Assembly: GCA_963730915.1 (NCBI GenBank)
Contig: CAVSTR010000003.1
Coordinates: forward strand, 192,729-256,728
DNA from: an uncultured Gemmatimonadales bacterium
GTDB taxonomy: Bacteria; Gemmatimonadota; Gemmatimonadetes; Gemmatimonadales; GWC2-71-9
Reading direction: 5' to 3'
DNA: 64,000 nucleotides
The notes under the pieces were generated by a model. It did no database searches, had not been told where the DNA came from, and worked only from the letters and a program-made list of their open reading frames with translations. The first letter of the stretch is position 1. Each line of letters opens with the position of its first letter. The translations under genes were made by a program, and so were the position numbers. Below are positions 8,145-18,528 of the stretch, in pieces.

Positions 8145-8480
8145 ATGCACCGGGTTCGCGAGCAGGATCTCCCTTTTCAGGGCAGCTCGTACCAGTTCGT
8201 CGGCGCGGACAATGGCGATGTCAATGTGTCGGTGTTCCTCTTGCGGGCCCTGCCGGGACGCGGGCCCGGACCGCACCGTCACCCCTACGATGAAGTGCAG
8301 TTCGTACGAGAGGGGCGCGGTCTCTGGACCGTGAACGGGGAGGAGTTCGAGGCCGGCGCGGGCGACATCCTCGTGATCAAGGCCGGAGAAATCCACGGCT
8401 TCCGCTGCATTGGCGATGAACCCCTGGTTCAGGTCGATGTGCATCTCAGCCCTCGTTTCATCCAGGAAAATCTGACATAG
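8145..8480 (+). CDS. Cupin domain protein
   Basis: GPGPHRHPYDE...V.EG and AGDILVIKAGEIHGF cupin motifs. Confidence 0.9.
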   Translation: MHRVREQDLPFQGSSYQFVGADNGDVNVSVFLLRALPGRGPGPHRHPYDEVQFVREGRGLWTVNGEEFEAGAGDILVIKAGEIHGFRCIGDEPLVQVDVHLSPRFIQENLT

Positions 8481-8511
8481 CGAACGAGGTGGAGAGCTCG
8501 CAAGACCGGCC

Positions 8512-10251
8512 TTACCGCCCCACGAAGAGCGTTCCTTGCCAGCTCTGGATCCGCACGCTCTCACCCACCCAGTGTCCGTTCATGGTTTCCAGCGACAGCA
8601 TTGCCCGGAGCGACCCGGAGGTCGAACGAAGCCGCATGCGATCGGGGCCGACTTGATACGGCACGAGGCTCGAGTCCGCTGCGATGTCTTGAACCAGTGG
8701 ACGCAGGTCGAATGTGACACTGTCGCGGCCCGAAACCACCCGGGCGAATCCCAGCGTATCGAACGCGACGCGGACGGAATCCGCTCCTGCGAGTATCACC
8801 CGCGTGTCATGAGAGCTCACGGGAATGGACCATTGGTAGGCTCCGATAGGCACTGCGCTGTCCCGGCGAGCGGAGAAGTACACCGAGCCGCTCCGGGAGA
8901 ATGAGTGCTCCGACAGATAGCGCATGCCGGCAGCGGCCATGATCCGGGTCGCTGCCGAATCGCGCTCGTTCCGGTGATCGGGAATCGTGCCCCAGTTCGT
9001 CGCTGGAAGCCGGCCTGGTATAGCCGCCGTTATTTGATCTCGAGCGCCGTGGTCCAGGAGAAACCGGAGCGCGGCGCTCGCTTCGCGATCGTTTGGCCGG
9101 CCGCTTCGGGCTTCTGATATCAGCGTCTTCAACCGGCTCCCCTGGCTGCCCACGGAAAGCCGTGTCACGCTAATAGGACCGTACACCGTTCCCAGCAGCA
9201 AGACGGCCAGTGTGAGAGGAATCAATCGGATTCCCGCCCCCTGACGAACCGTGTACCAGACGGCGATGACCAGCAGCCATATCCCGAGAAGGATGCCAAG
9301 CAGGCGCAGCTCGGTCAGACCATAGGGAATGATCCGCTTCCAGAAGGCGACCAACAGCATGACAGCCGCCGGGATCAAGCCCAGGAAGAGCCCGCGGCTG
9401 TAGGTCCTGATCCAAGGTTCGGCTGGATCATCCCTCAGCGGGTGAATCAGCAGAAAGCCCAGCAGCCCAGCGACTGCGACACTGGTGACGAGCCACCCGA
9501 TCCACCCTGTTGGCCACTCTCCTCGAGCGACGATCTTCACCAAGTAGGCAATGAGGATCAGCAGGTATACGAATACGAGTGGAGTGAGTATGTACTGTGA
9601 GAAGAGCTTCAGCACCCGCGGGTACTCGGTGTCGTCGGCCAGCTGTCGCAGTCCTGACGGAACCGCGCCGAGGAAAATGGCGGTGTTGACCACCAGCGCG
9701 ATGATCAGCGCCATGCGACCGTACAGCTCAGACGGGACGTCGACGCCGAGGAGTTTGTCGAGGGCGCCAAGTGCAATGGTAAGCCCGATGAAAAGCACCT
9801 GCGAAAACACACTCGCCCGTAGGAACCCGAGAAACAGGCGACGATTGTACTGCCAGAAGGCGCCGGTCTCGGCCTGCCCGGCAAACGGCAGAAAGGCAAC
9901 AAGCAGGTGAAGGCCGGCGCTCAGCTGGAAATAACGGATCGCTTCGTGCTTCCGCTCCGGTCCTGCCCACGCGAAGTAGAAGAGCACCAGTAATCCGATT
10001 CCACTCAGGTTCAGCGCCGCGATCGTCCACGGAGACCGGTGGCGCTCTTCGGCCAGCAGCGTCAGGGCCACTGTGAGTGCGAGCCCCAATGCAGCGACCA
10101 TTGCGCTCCGGCCCCATTCCGCATCGGCGGACTTCGTCGTTGCGGCGATTGCGGCAGCAGCAGCGATCGTCGCACAGAGCATGGTCCAGGGAAAGCGCCG
10201 CAGCACATCCCTGCTCTGCTCGGCGAGCCTGACGATTGATGGAAGTCGCAT
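8512..10251 (-). CDS. DUF4153 family polytopic membrane protein
   Basis: RFPW start, FWQYN, PLVFVYLLIL.AY, R...YGLTE.R and about 10 TM helices. Confidence 0.8.
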   Translation of the reverse strand: MRLPSIVRLAEQSRDVLRRFPWTMLCATIAAAAAIAATTKSADAEWGRSAMVAALGLALTVALTLLAEERHRSPWTIAALNLSGIGLLVLFYFAWAGPERKHEAIRYFQLSAGLHLLVAFLPFAGQAETGAFWQYNRRLFLGFLRASVFSQVLFIGLTIALGALDKLLGVDVPSELYGRMALIIALVVNTAIFLGAVPSGLRQLADDTEYPRVLKLFSQYILTPLVFVYLLILIAYLVKIVARGEWPTGWIGWLVTSVAVAGLLGFLLIHPLRDDPAEPWIRTYSRGLFLGLIPAAVMLLVAFWKRIIPYGLTELRLLGILLGIWLLVIAVWYTVRQGAGIRLIPLTLAVLLLGTVYGPISVTRLSVGSQGSRLKTLISEARSGRPNDREASAALRFLLDHGARDQITAAIPGRLPATNWGTIPDHRNERDSAATRIMAAAGMRYLSEHSFSRSGSVYFSARRDSAVPIGAYQWSIPVSSHDTRVILAGADSVRVAFDTLGFARVVSGRDSVTFDLRPLVQDIAADSSLVPYQVGPDRMRLRSTSGSLRAMLSLETMNGHWVGESVRIQSWQGTLFVGR

Positions 10252-10261
10252 AATTTCCTGA

Positions 10262-10963
10262 ATGAGGGCTCGAAGCTATTCTCAGGAAGCTCTCGGCTGC
10301 AACACCAAACATACGGATCGGATTGAAGTGACCTTCAGCGATTGGGACGATGTTCGCAGTGAGCTGCTGTCTATGGCAGAGAACGACTTGCGGCTTCGGG
10401 CGAAGCTTGCGGCCGATGGCTCGCTCTTTCAAGGCTACCACCCCAGGATGCGCGACACCCATGACGCTCATGCCCTACGCCTGGGCGAGATCCTCGACTC
10501 CCTCGGCTGGCCTGGCCTGCGGCAAGTAGGACGGGAGGCGTCAGACGCGGCCTGGCTCATCGTGCAGCACGCCATCGCCCAGCCGGCGTTCCAGCGCCGT
10601 GCTCTCGAGCTCCTCCGCCAGGCAGTTCAGCGCGGCGATGCCGCTCCTCTCAGAGCTGCGATGCTCGAGGATCGCATACGCACACTGGAGGGCGGGCTCC
10701 AGCGCTATGGTACGCAGTTCGACTGGGACCCTGAGGGTCAGCTGAGACCTCTCCCCATCGAGGATCCCATTGGAGTTGACGGGAGGCGCCGAGAGATCGG
10801 CCTGCCGCCGCTGGAGGAGGCAGCGCGGGAGCTGCGGGCCGCGGCCGAGCGAGAAGGGCAGCGACCGCCCGAAAGCTGCATGGCGCGGCAGCGAGAGATG
10901 GAGGCCTGGTGCAAGGAAGTCGGCTGGCGCACGCAGGATCACCGCAATCAAACCATTTCGTGA
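10262..10963 (+). CDS. DUF6624-like protein (true start probably downstream, about 10328)
   Basis: Motifs GWPG..VG..AS.AAWLIVQHA, LEDRIR...G.QRYGTQF and VD.RR..IGLPPL. Confidence 0.75.
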   Translation: MRARSYSQEALGCNTKHTDRIEVTFSDWDDVRSELLSMAENDLRLRAKLAADGSLFQGYHPRMRDTHDAHALRLGEILDSLGWPGLRQVGREASDAAWLIVQHAIAQPAFQRRALELLRQAVQRGDAAPLRAAMLEDRIRTLEGGLQRYGTQFDWDPEGQLRPLPIEDPIGVDGRRREIGLPPLEEAARELRAAAEREGQRPPESCMARQREMEAWCKEVGWRTQDHRNQTIS

Positions 10964-10974
10964 TAAGTTGATCC

Positions 10975-12721
10975 ATGCCGCACAGCATCAGCCTCATCAC
11001 GACCATCGCTGCCGGACTCGGGCTCGCCCTCATCATGGGGTTCGTCGCCGCGCGACTCCGCCTCCCGCCGCTGGTCGGCTATCTCGTCGCCGGGATCATC
11101 ATCGGGCCGGCGACTCCAGGTTTCGTTGCCGATGTAGGGCTAGCCAGTCAGCTGGCCGAGATCGGTGTAATGCTGATGATGTTCGGTGTGGGATTGCACT
11201 TCTCGATCGACGATCTCCTGGCAGTGCGGCGCATCGCCATTCCTGGTGCCATCGTCCAGATCGGCTGCGCCACGGTCTTGGGCGCGGCATTGGCGCGCTA
11301 CTGGGGTTGGAACTGGGGCGCCGCCCTGGTGTTCGGCCTCTCGCTGTCGGTCGCCAGCACCGTCGTACTGCTTCGGGCCCTGGAATCCCGTGGGGTGCTG
11401 AACTCGCTCAACGGGCGGATTGCCGTGGGCTGGCTCGTGGTCGAAGACTTGGTCGTCGTCCTTGTGCTGGTGGTGCTGCCCGGTCTGGCTGGAGTGTTCG
11501 GTGGCGGCGTACAGGCAGCGGAAGCCACATCTGCGCAGAGTTCGATATGGGCTACTCTGGCAGCGACGCTGGGCAAGGTGGCCGCGTTCATTGCTGTGAT
11601 GCTGGTGGCGGGCCGGCGCCTCCTGCCAGGGTTACTCTGGTCGGTGGCGCGCACCGGTTCACGAGAGCTGTTTACTCTGGCGGTAATCTCAGCAGCGGTG
11701 GGTGTGGCCTACCTCTCGGCCGAGCTGTTCAGCGTGTCCTTCGCGCTCGGCGCTTTCTTCGCCGGGATGATGATGCGCGAGTCCTCTCTGAGTCATCGGG
11801 CCGCGGAGGAGTCGCTACCCCTTCGCGACGCGTTTTCGGTACTGTTCTTCGTTTCTGTAGGCATGCTGTTCGAGCCACACGTCCTGGTCGATGAGCCGCT
11901 GAAAGTCGTGGCCGTTGTCGCGATTATCATGATTGGGAAGACGCTGGCCGCCGTCGCGCTGGTGCTGGTCTTTCGTTACCCGCTCAATACTGCGCTCACG
12001 GTGGGGGCCAGTCTCGCGCAGATCGGCGAGTTCTCCTTCATTCTCGCTGGGCTCGGCGTGTCCCTCGGTCTCCTGCCGCGCGAGGGGCAGAGCTTGATCC
12101 TGGCCGGCGCCCTGATCTCCATCTCGCTCAACTCGGCTGTTTTCGCCGCCATCGAACCGGCGCAGCGCTGGATCCGTGCTCGGTCAACACTCGCACGCGC
12201 GCTGGAGCGCAGCGACGACCCGCTATCGGAGCTGCCACCTACCGTCAACCAGGATTTGCTGAGGCGTCACGTTGTTCTGATTGGCTACGGCCGGGTGGGG
12301 CGCCGAATCGCCGATGCACTGGCTGCCAGCAGGGTTCCTCTTGTCATCGCCGAGCAGAACCGCGAATTGGTCGAGGAGCTGCGGCGGCGGCACGTTCCTG
12401 CGGTGTCCGGCGATGCCTCGGATCCGGCGGTGCTCATCCAGGCGCATATCGCCAGGGCAAGCGTCCTGGTTGTGGCAATTCCGGACGCGGCCGGGGTGCG
12501 CAAGATGGTGGAGACAGCCAAAACACTGAACCCGAAAGTCGAGATCCTGCTGCGCACTCACAACGACGAAGAGGCGAGCGCTGCTGAGGAGTGAGAATCT
12601 CGGAGTGGTATTCATGGGAGAGCACGAGCTGGCGCAGGCAATGACCCAGGAGGTGCTGCGGTTGACGGTAAGGACTGGAAGCGGAGCCTCGGCCTACCCA
12701 GAGCCAGCTCCTCAGGTCTAA
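10975..12721 (+). CDS. ybaL: YbaL-type cation:proton antiporter (CPA2) with TrkA-N domain; frameshift near 12580
   Basis: LAEIGVMLMMFGVGLHFS, LAQIGEFSFIL and IGYGRVG. The conserved tail VFMGEHELAQAM lies in a shifted frame ending at TAA 12721. Confidence 0.88.
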
Positions 12722-14376
12722 GCAGTCTCCAGATGTCGCCGTGAGGCGGCCAGTGCCTCGTCGATATCTCCGAACAGATGTTCCTCGCCGATCTCCCAGA
12801 GCAACTCCGATTGACTCAGTGCCAGAAGCGGTTGCGCCTGCACATCCGAGAAATACACCACCGTCCCGTCTTTCCTGGTGCGGCGTACGAGATCCCTGAG
12901 TGCGTGCATGGCCGTCGAATCGATTGCGGGGACGTTTCGCATCCGGATGATCAGGACCTTAGGCTTGCGGCTGACCTCGCTGAGGGTGTCCTTGAACTTC
13001 TCCGCCGCCCCGAAGAAGAATGGGCCGTTGATCTCGTAGACCTCGACGCCGTGCGGAACCACCCGGGTATAGATGGCACCTGATTTGTCCCCGCTCGGCC
13101 GTGAGTCCATGAACTCGCGCGATACCATGGTGACGTTGGTGACTTCCGCCATGCGCTTCATGAAGAGGAACGAGGCCAACACCATCCCCACGCCTATGCC
13201 AACGGTGAGATCCACCAGTACGGTCAGCAGGAACGTCACCACCATGACGATCGCGTCACTCTTGGGCGCGCTCAGTTCGTTTATGAAGACACGCCACTCG
13301 GCCATGCGGTAGGCCACCCACAGCACGATGCCCGCCAGGGTAGCGAGCGGAATCAACGCGGCGAGCCGGCCGAAGAAGAGGGTGACCACCAGCAGCGTCA
13401 CCGCATGAGCGATGCCGGCGATCGGCGTGCGGCCGCCGCTTTTCACGTTGGTTGCGGTTCGGGCAATCGCCCCCGTTGCCGGCATCCCGCCGAAGAGCGG
13501 AGCTACGACGTTGGCCACGCCCTGTGCGACCAGTTCCATGTTCGATCGGTGTCGCCCTCCGATCATGCCATCGGCCACGACCGCGGACAACAGGGACTCG
13601 ACCGCACCGAGCGCCGCAATGGCGAGTGCCGGGCCGACCAGCTCCCTCCCCTGCTCCAGCGACACGCCCGGCAGCGTGAACCGCGGCAGACCGGCCTTTA
13701 TCTCACCGAACCGCGTGCCGATCGTCTCCACCGGCAGATCGAGCAGCTGTGCCACCATCGTTGCCGCGATCAGTGCCACGAAGGGCGCTGGAATTCTGTG
13801 ACTCACACGGGGCCAGAGCCACAGGACCAGCAGTGTGCCCGCCGAGATCGACACCGCAGACGGGTTGATGCTGTCGAGGTTTGCCGCGTACAGCGTCAGC
13901 CGCTCGATGAACTCCGGCGGTGCGCTGGTCAGCCGAAGGCCGAGAGCGTCCCGCAGCTGTTGTACGATCAGGATCGCCGCGATGCCCGAGGTGAAACCGG
14001 TGACCACTGGAAAGGGGATGAACTTGATCGCCGCTCCGAGCTTGGCCAGACCAAAGGCGATGAGCATGAGGCCGGCCATGATCGTGGCCACGGTGAGTCC
14101 ATCGACACCGTGCTTCTGGACGATCCCGTATACGATGACGACGAACGCCCCGGTCGGTCCCCCGATCTGAACCCGCGAGCCGCCCAGCGCCGAGATGATG
14201 AAGCCGGCGATCACCGCGGTGTAGAGGCCGCGGTCGGGTGTGAGCCCACTGGCAATGGCGAACGCAATGGCGAGAGGCAGGGCCACAATGCCGACGATGA
14301 CGCCGGCGGTGAGATCCGCCACGAACTGGTCGCGATTGTACGTTTTGAGGGTCGTGACCAGCTTTGGGACGAGCAT
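12718..14376 (-). CDS. SulP family anion permease with STAS domain
   Basis: GGSRVQIGGPTGAF, ESLLSAVVAD, ATGAIARTA and a STAS domain (GPFFFGAA...DSTA). Confidence 0.93.
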   Translation of the reverse strand: MLVPKLVTTLKTYNRDQFVADLTAGVIVGIVALPLAIAFAIASGLTPDRGLYTAVIAGFIISALGGSRVQIGGPTGAFVVIVYGIVQKHGVDGLTVATIMAGLMLIAFGLAKLGAAIKFIPFPVVTGFTSGIAAILIVQQLRDALGLRLTSAPPEFIERLTLYAANLDSINPSAVSISAGTLLVLWLWPRVSHRIPAPFVALIAATMVAQLLDLPVETIGTRFGEIKAGLPRFTLPGVSLEQGRELVGPALAIAALGAVESLLSAVVADGMIGGRHRSNMELVAQGVANVVAPLFGGMPATGAIARTATNVKSGGRTPIAGIAHAVTLLVVTLFFGRLAALIPLATLAGIVLWVAYRMAEWRVFINELSAPKSDAIVMVVTFLLTVLVDLTVGIGVGMVLASFLFMKRMAEVTNVTMVSREFMDSRPSGDKSGAIYTRVVPHGVEVYEINGPFFFGAAEKFKDTLSEVSRKPKVLIIRMRNVPAIDSTAMHALRDLVRRTRKDGTVVYFSDVQAQPLLALSQSELLWEIGEEHLFGDIDEALAASRRHLETA

Positions 14377-14399
14377 TCAGCTGGCGATTGGCTGAACCA

Positions 14400-15732
14400 T
14401 CACAGCAGGACCGCCCCGGCCAGGCCGAGAAGGAGCAGGAATCCGCACACATCGGTAAATGCGGTGACGAAGATCGAAGAGGCGACGGCCGGATCCACTC
14501 CGAGCCGCTCGAGAACGAATCGGGATGAACGCACCGGCGAACCCGGCGACCATGAGGTTGCCCGCCATGGCCATGAAGACAACGATCCCAAGCCGCGGCC
14601 CCTCGCCCAGCAGCGCGGCCACGGTGCCCACGGCGATTCCCATCACGATGCCGTTGGTAATGCCCACCAGGATCTCCTTGCCGACGACCCGGGTGAACAC
14701 GTCTACCGGGATGAGTCCGAGGGCGAGACGACGCACGGTGACGGCCAGCGCCTGCGTGCCGGCGTTCCCACCCATGCCTGCGATCACCGGCATCCATACG
14801 GCTAGCGCCAGCGTCTGCTGAATAGTGGACTGAAAGAAGTACACCACACCCCCCGCCAGAAAAGCCGTGAGCAGGTTGAGCGATAGCCAAGGGAGCCGGC
14901 TCCGTACCGCCTCCTTCCAGCCGGCCGCCAGATCCTCATCCGGTGAAACGCCACCGAACTTGAGCAGGTCCTCGGTGGTTTCCGCTTCGACCACATCGAT
15001 GACGTCATCGAACGTGACACGGCCCAGCAGTCGGCCGAGGTCGTCCACCACCGGGACGCTGGGCAGGTTGTAGCGAGCCATCAGGCGGGCGACCTCTTCC
15101 TGGTCGAGGTCGGGAGTCACGAAGATGTCGGCGTCTGTCATGAACGAACGTACCGGACGCTCGGGGCGGCTGATGACCAGATCCTTGAACGGCAGTACGC
15201 CCACGAGCTTCCGGTCTCGATCCACCACGAACACCTGATAGAAGTCCTCGACCTCCTCGGCTTGCCGCCGAATCTCTTCCAGGGCCTGCTCCGCGGTGGC
15301 CGACGCCGGCACGGTGACCACGTGCGAGGTCATCCGTCCGCCGGCGGTCTCCTCGTCGTAGCGGAGAAGCCGGTCCACATCGGTTCGCTCCTCCCGCATG
15401 CCGGAGAGGATCTGCTCCTGCTGGGTCGGGTCGAGCTCCCCGAGGATATCGGCCGCGTCGTCGTCGTCCAGCTCGCGAACGATCGCTGCGGCACGCCCCG
15501 GATCCATTGCCGCGAGCGTCTCCGAGGCGTGCGCCTCCTCTGGCATCTCGGCGAGCGCCTGACTCGATAGCTCCGCCGGCAGCGCCTCGACCACGGCCAA
15601 CCGTTCCTTGTCGTCCAGTGCCGTCAGGACGTCCGCGAGATCGGCCGGCTCGAAGTCGTGGGCGCGGCGGACGAAGAGCGCCATCTCGCCCCTGCGCACG
15701 AGATCCACCATGCGGTGGAGAAGTTTCTTCAT
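14400..15732 (-). CDS. mgtE: Magnesium transporter MgtE (frameshift near 14515)
   Basis: MgtE_N and CBS pair, [15 protein letters not shown]-terminus [21 protein letters not shown] is in a shifted frame. Confidence 0.92.
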
Positions 15733-16922
15733 GGGGATGCAGCCAGCAGGGGAACGGCTGGTGCGGAGCCCGAACGGATCAGCAGCCGTTCAATGCGGGT
15801 GGGTGACGCCTGTATGACGTCGAACTCCAGGCCGCGAACGACGAACCGCTCACCCGCGTTCGGGATCCTTCCGGCCCACTCCACCAGGAGTCCGCCGATC
15901 GTCGTCGAGCGGCCCGGCGGGAAGGTCACGCCGAAACGTTCCTGCATCGCCTCGACCGATACGTTGCCATCGGTCTCGAATATCGTACCGGTGGCACTGG
16001 GCAGGGCACGCACTTCCTCATCGTGCTCATCGAAGATCTCGCCCACAAGCTCCTCCAGCAGATCTTCCAGCGTGGCGATGCCGAGGGTGCCGCCGAACTC
16101 ATCCAGCACGACGGCGAGGTGCCGCCGCTCGCGCTGCATGTCGAGTAGCAGGTCGCCGCAATTGCGGCTGGCCGGAGTCACCGCAACTGGACGAACCGGA
16201 AGTGGATCACCCGGCCGCAGCTTGAACAGATCGAACGCGTGGAGCATGCCGACAATATCGTCGAGGGTGTCACGAAACACCGGGATACGGCTGTAGCCGC
16301 TGCCGGCAAAGACCAGGCGAATCTCTTCGAGCGGAGCGTTCTCATCGATGGCGACGATGTCCGTGCGCGGAGTCATGACCTCACGCACCGGCCGGGTGCT
16401 GAAGGCCATGACTCCACTCACCATCATCAGCTCGTGATCGTCGGCGACACCGACTGCCGCGCCTTCACGCCAGATGCTTCTCAGGTCGGTGGGTCTGGTC
16501 GCCGTACGAGCCGGCAGCAGGAGCCCCAGTACCCGTGACCAAGGCCGCAGGATAGGAATGACGCGGTCGGCAACTGTTTCCGCGCGGGGTTGGGTGAGCC
16601 AACGCGGCACCAGGTACGCGGCAAACAGAACCAGAGGCACAGCCAGCAGAGCAACCGCAACAACAAGGCGCGGAGCGCCGGAACCTGCCAGCAAACCTGG
16701 TACCGATCCGCCGAGCAGCAGCACGCCCAGAGATGTGGTAGCCGAGGCAGCCGTGAGGTAATAGTCGATCTGCGCCAGGCCGCTCAACGACGGTGAGGCG
16801 CCGCGCAGTCGACGACCCACAGCGCGAGTGAGCTCGGCGCGGCTTACCGTGATGAGGGCCGCACCCGCTGTCGCGCCGAAGGCGGTGAGCGCAATTCCCA
16901 GAAGCACGGCAACCCAGGTCAT
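15729..16922 (-). CDS. Hemolysin/CorC-type CBS-domain membrane protein
   Basis: N-terminal TMs, VMTPRTDI, YSRIPV, VLDEFGGT.GIATLEDLLEELVGEI and a CorC_HlyC tail. Confidence 0.9.
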   Translation of the reverse strand: MTWVAVLLGIALTAFGATAGAALITVSRAELTRAVGRRLRGASPSLSGLAQIDYYLTAASATTSLGVLLLGGSVPGLLAGSGAPRLVVAVALLAVPLVLFAAYLVPRWLTQPRAETVADRVIPILRPWSRVLGLLLPARTATRPTDLRSIWREGAAVGVADDHELMMVSGVMAFSTRPVREVMTPRTDIVAIDENAPLEEIRLVFAGSGYSRIPVFRDTLDDIVGMLHAFDLFKLRPGDPLPVRPVAVTPASRNCGDLLLDMQRERRHLAVVLDEFGGTLGIATLEDLLEELVGEIFDEHDEEVRALPSATGTIFETDGNVSVEAMQERFGVTFPPGRSTTIGGLLVEWAGRIPNAGERFVVRGLEFDVIQASPTRIERLLIRSGSAPAVPLLAASP

Positions 16923-18115
16923 CGACCCGCCTTTTCCGACGGTACCATCGAAGGCTCGACCCTGAGGCGGTGCACAGCTATGCGCTTGACTCGCCGGCGT
17001 ACCACCTGCTCGACCACCAGACGGTACCCCTCTAGATCGATGGATTCACCTGCCCGGGGAACCCGCCCGAACTCGGCCAGCACCAGCCCTCCGACCGTAC
17101 TCACGTCGTCGCGACCGAAGCTGTGACCCAGGGCAGACTCGAGCTCCGTGAGCGCCACCCCGCCCTCGATTCTCCACTGATCCTCACTCACGATCTGAAT
17201 CTGTGCCACTTCGTCAGTATCGTATTCGTCCTGGATTTCCCCTACGATCTGCTCCAGAATGTCTTCCAGCGTCACGATGCCTGCGGTGCCACCGAACTCG
17301 TCCACTACCACGGCGAGGTGACTCGGTCCCCGCTGAAAATCGCGCACCTGGCGGTCGAGTGTCTTGGCTTCCGGTACGAAGCCCGCAGGGCGGATCAGCG
17401 CCGTCCACGGCCGCGGATCATCGGGGACCAAGGCGAGGATGTCCTTGGCATATACCACCCCGACGACGGCGTCAGGATGCCCGTCATACACCAGAAGGCG
17501 AGCGTGTTCCGAGCTCTGGAGCGTCCGCACTACTTCGTCGAGCTCCGAGGCGGTATCCACGGCCACGATGTCGATGCGGGGCGTCATCACTTCGGCCACG
17601 GTGGTGTCCGCCAGCGAGAAGACGCCAAGCAGCATGTCCCGCTGAGCCGCGCCGGTCTGCCGGGTGGTTTGCACCGGCGCCCGATCTCGCGCCCGTGCAT
17701 CGGCCCACGTTGCCAGGCGCAGCAAAGGCCGGAACGGGACCAGCGTGGCCGCCGCCGCGCGGCGCGCTGGCAAGGTCAGCTCGGGAGCCACGGCACCGAG
17801 CAGACGGGGCAGCAAGTCGCCCAGCACCCACACGAGAAGTACCGCCAGGAAGAGCCGGAAGAGTCCGGCTGCCGGCGACCAGGCCCACCAGGCAACTGCT
17901 ACTCCGGCCGCGGCACCCGCGAGCACCAGCAGCGCGAGATGCGCGACGTGGAGATTTCGCGAAAGCGTTCCCGTTCCAGCCGAAGATCCGATCTGACCGC
18001 TGAGTGAGCGCGGCAGATCCGCATCGGCCTCGGCCGCCAGCGCGAGCCACGCGGCCCACAGCGTCAGCACTGCCGCGATCAGCGGCGCAATGAAGAAATG
18101 GAAAAAGGGAATCAT
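16919..18115 (-). CDS. Second hemolysin/CorC-type CBS-domain membrane protein
   Basis: VMTPRIDI and VVDEFGGTAGIVTLEDILEQIVGEIQDEYD. ATG 18115 overlaps the ybeY stop. Confidence 0.9.
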   Translation of the reverse strand: MIPFFHFFIAPLIAAVLTLWAAWLALAAEADADLPRSLSGQIGSSAGTGTLSRNLHVAHLALLVLAGAAAGVAVAWWAWSPAAGLFRLFLAVLLVWVLGDLLPRLLGAVAPELTLPARRAAAATLVPFRPLLRLATWADARARDRAPVQTTRQTGAAQRDMLLGVFSLADTTVAEVMTPRIDIVAVDTASELDEVVRTLQSSEHARLLVYDGHPDAVVGVVYAKDILALVPDDPRPWTALIRPAGFVPEAKTLDRQVRDFQRGPSHLAVVVDEFGGTAGIVTLEDILEQIVGEIQDEYDTDEVAQIQIVSEDQWRIEGGVALTELESALGHSFGRDDVSTVGGLVLAEFGRVPRAGESIDLEGYRLVVEQVVRRRVKRIAVHRLRVEPSMVPSEKAGR

Positions 18116-18528
18116 GCGAGCGCCTCCACATACCGCTCCTGGCGGCGCCACATGGCGGACCGAGTCCGCGCATCACCCTCGGGGTGGTCGTGACCGAGTG
18201 CATGCAGAGTCCCGTGAACGACGAGACGGATCAGCTCCTGACGGAGGGGAATCCCACGAGCCTCTGCTTCGCGCCGCGCCACCCAGGGACAGACGTACAC
18301 GTCGCCCACTACCCGGCCAGCTGGGCCCACGAGTGGGAAGGAGAGAACGTCAGTGGGACGGTCGTGCCCCTTGTGCTCTGCGTTCAGCCGGCGCATCGAA
18401 TCCCGTCCGAGAAACGTGACGGAGATCAGCCCCTGCCTCCGCTCCGCCTTCAACACCTCTTCGACCACGCGTCGAACCAGCGCCCGTGAGAGTGGAAGCA
18501 CGCGACCCTGAACGACCACCTCACTCAC
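18112..18528 (-). CDS. ybeY: rRNA maturation endoribonuclease YbeY
   Basis: PTDVLSF and VHGTLHALGHDH. GTG start at 18528. Confidence 0.92.
   Translation of the reverse strand: MSEVVVQGRVLPLSRALVRRVVEEVLKAERRQGLISVTFLGRDSMRRLNAEHKGHDRPTDVLSFPLVGPAGRVVGDVYVCPWVARREAEARGIPLRQELIRLVVHGTLHALGHDHPEGDARTRSAMWRRQERYVEALA

Noticed and set aside
13405-14890. Long alternative-frame ORFs (466 aa, 395 aa, and similar at 28680, 40897, 59587)
   Set aside because: Shadow ORFs of real genes in high-GC DNA, Arg/Gly/Pro-rich and without recognisable motifs.
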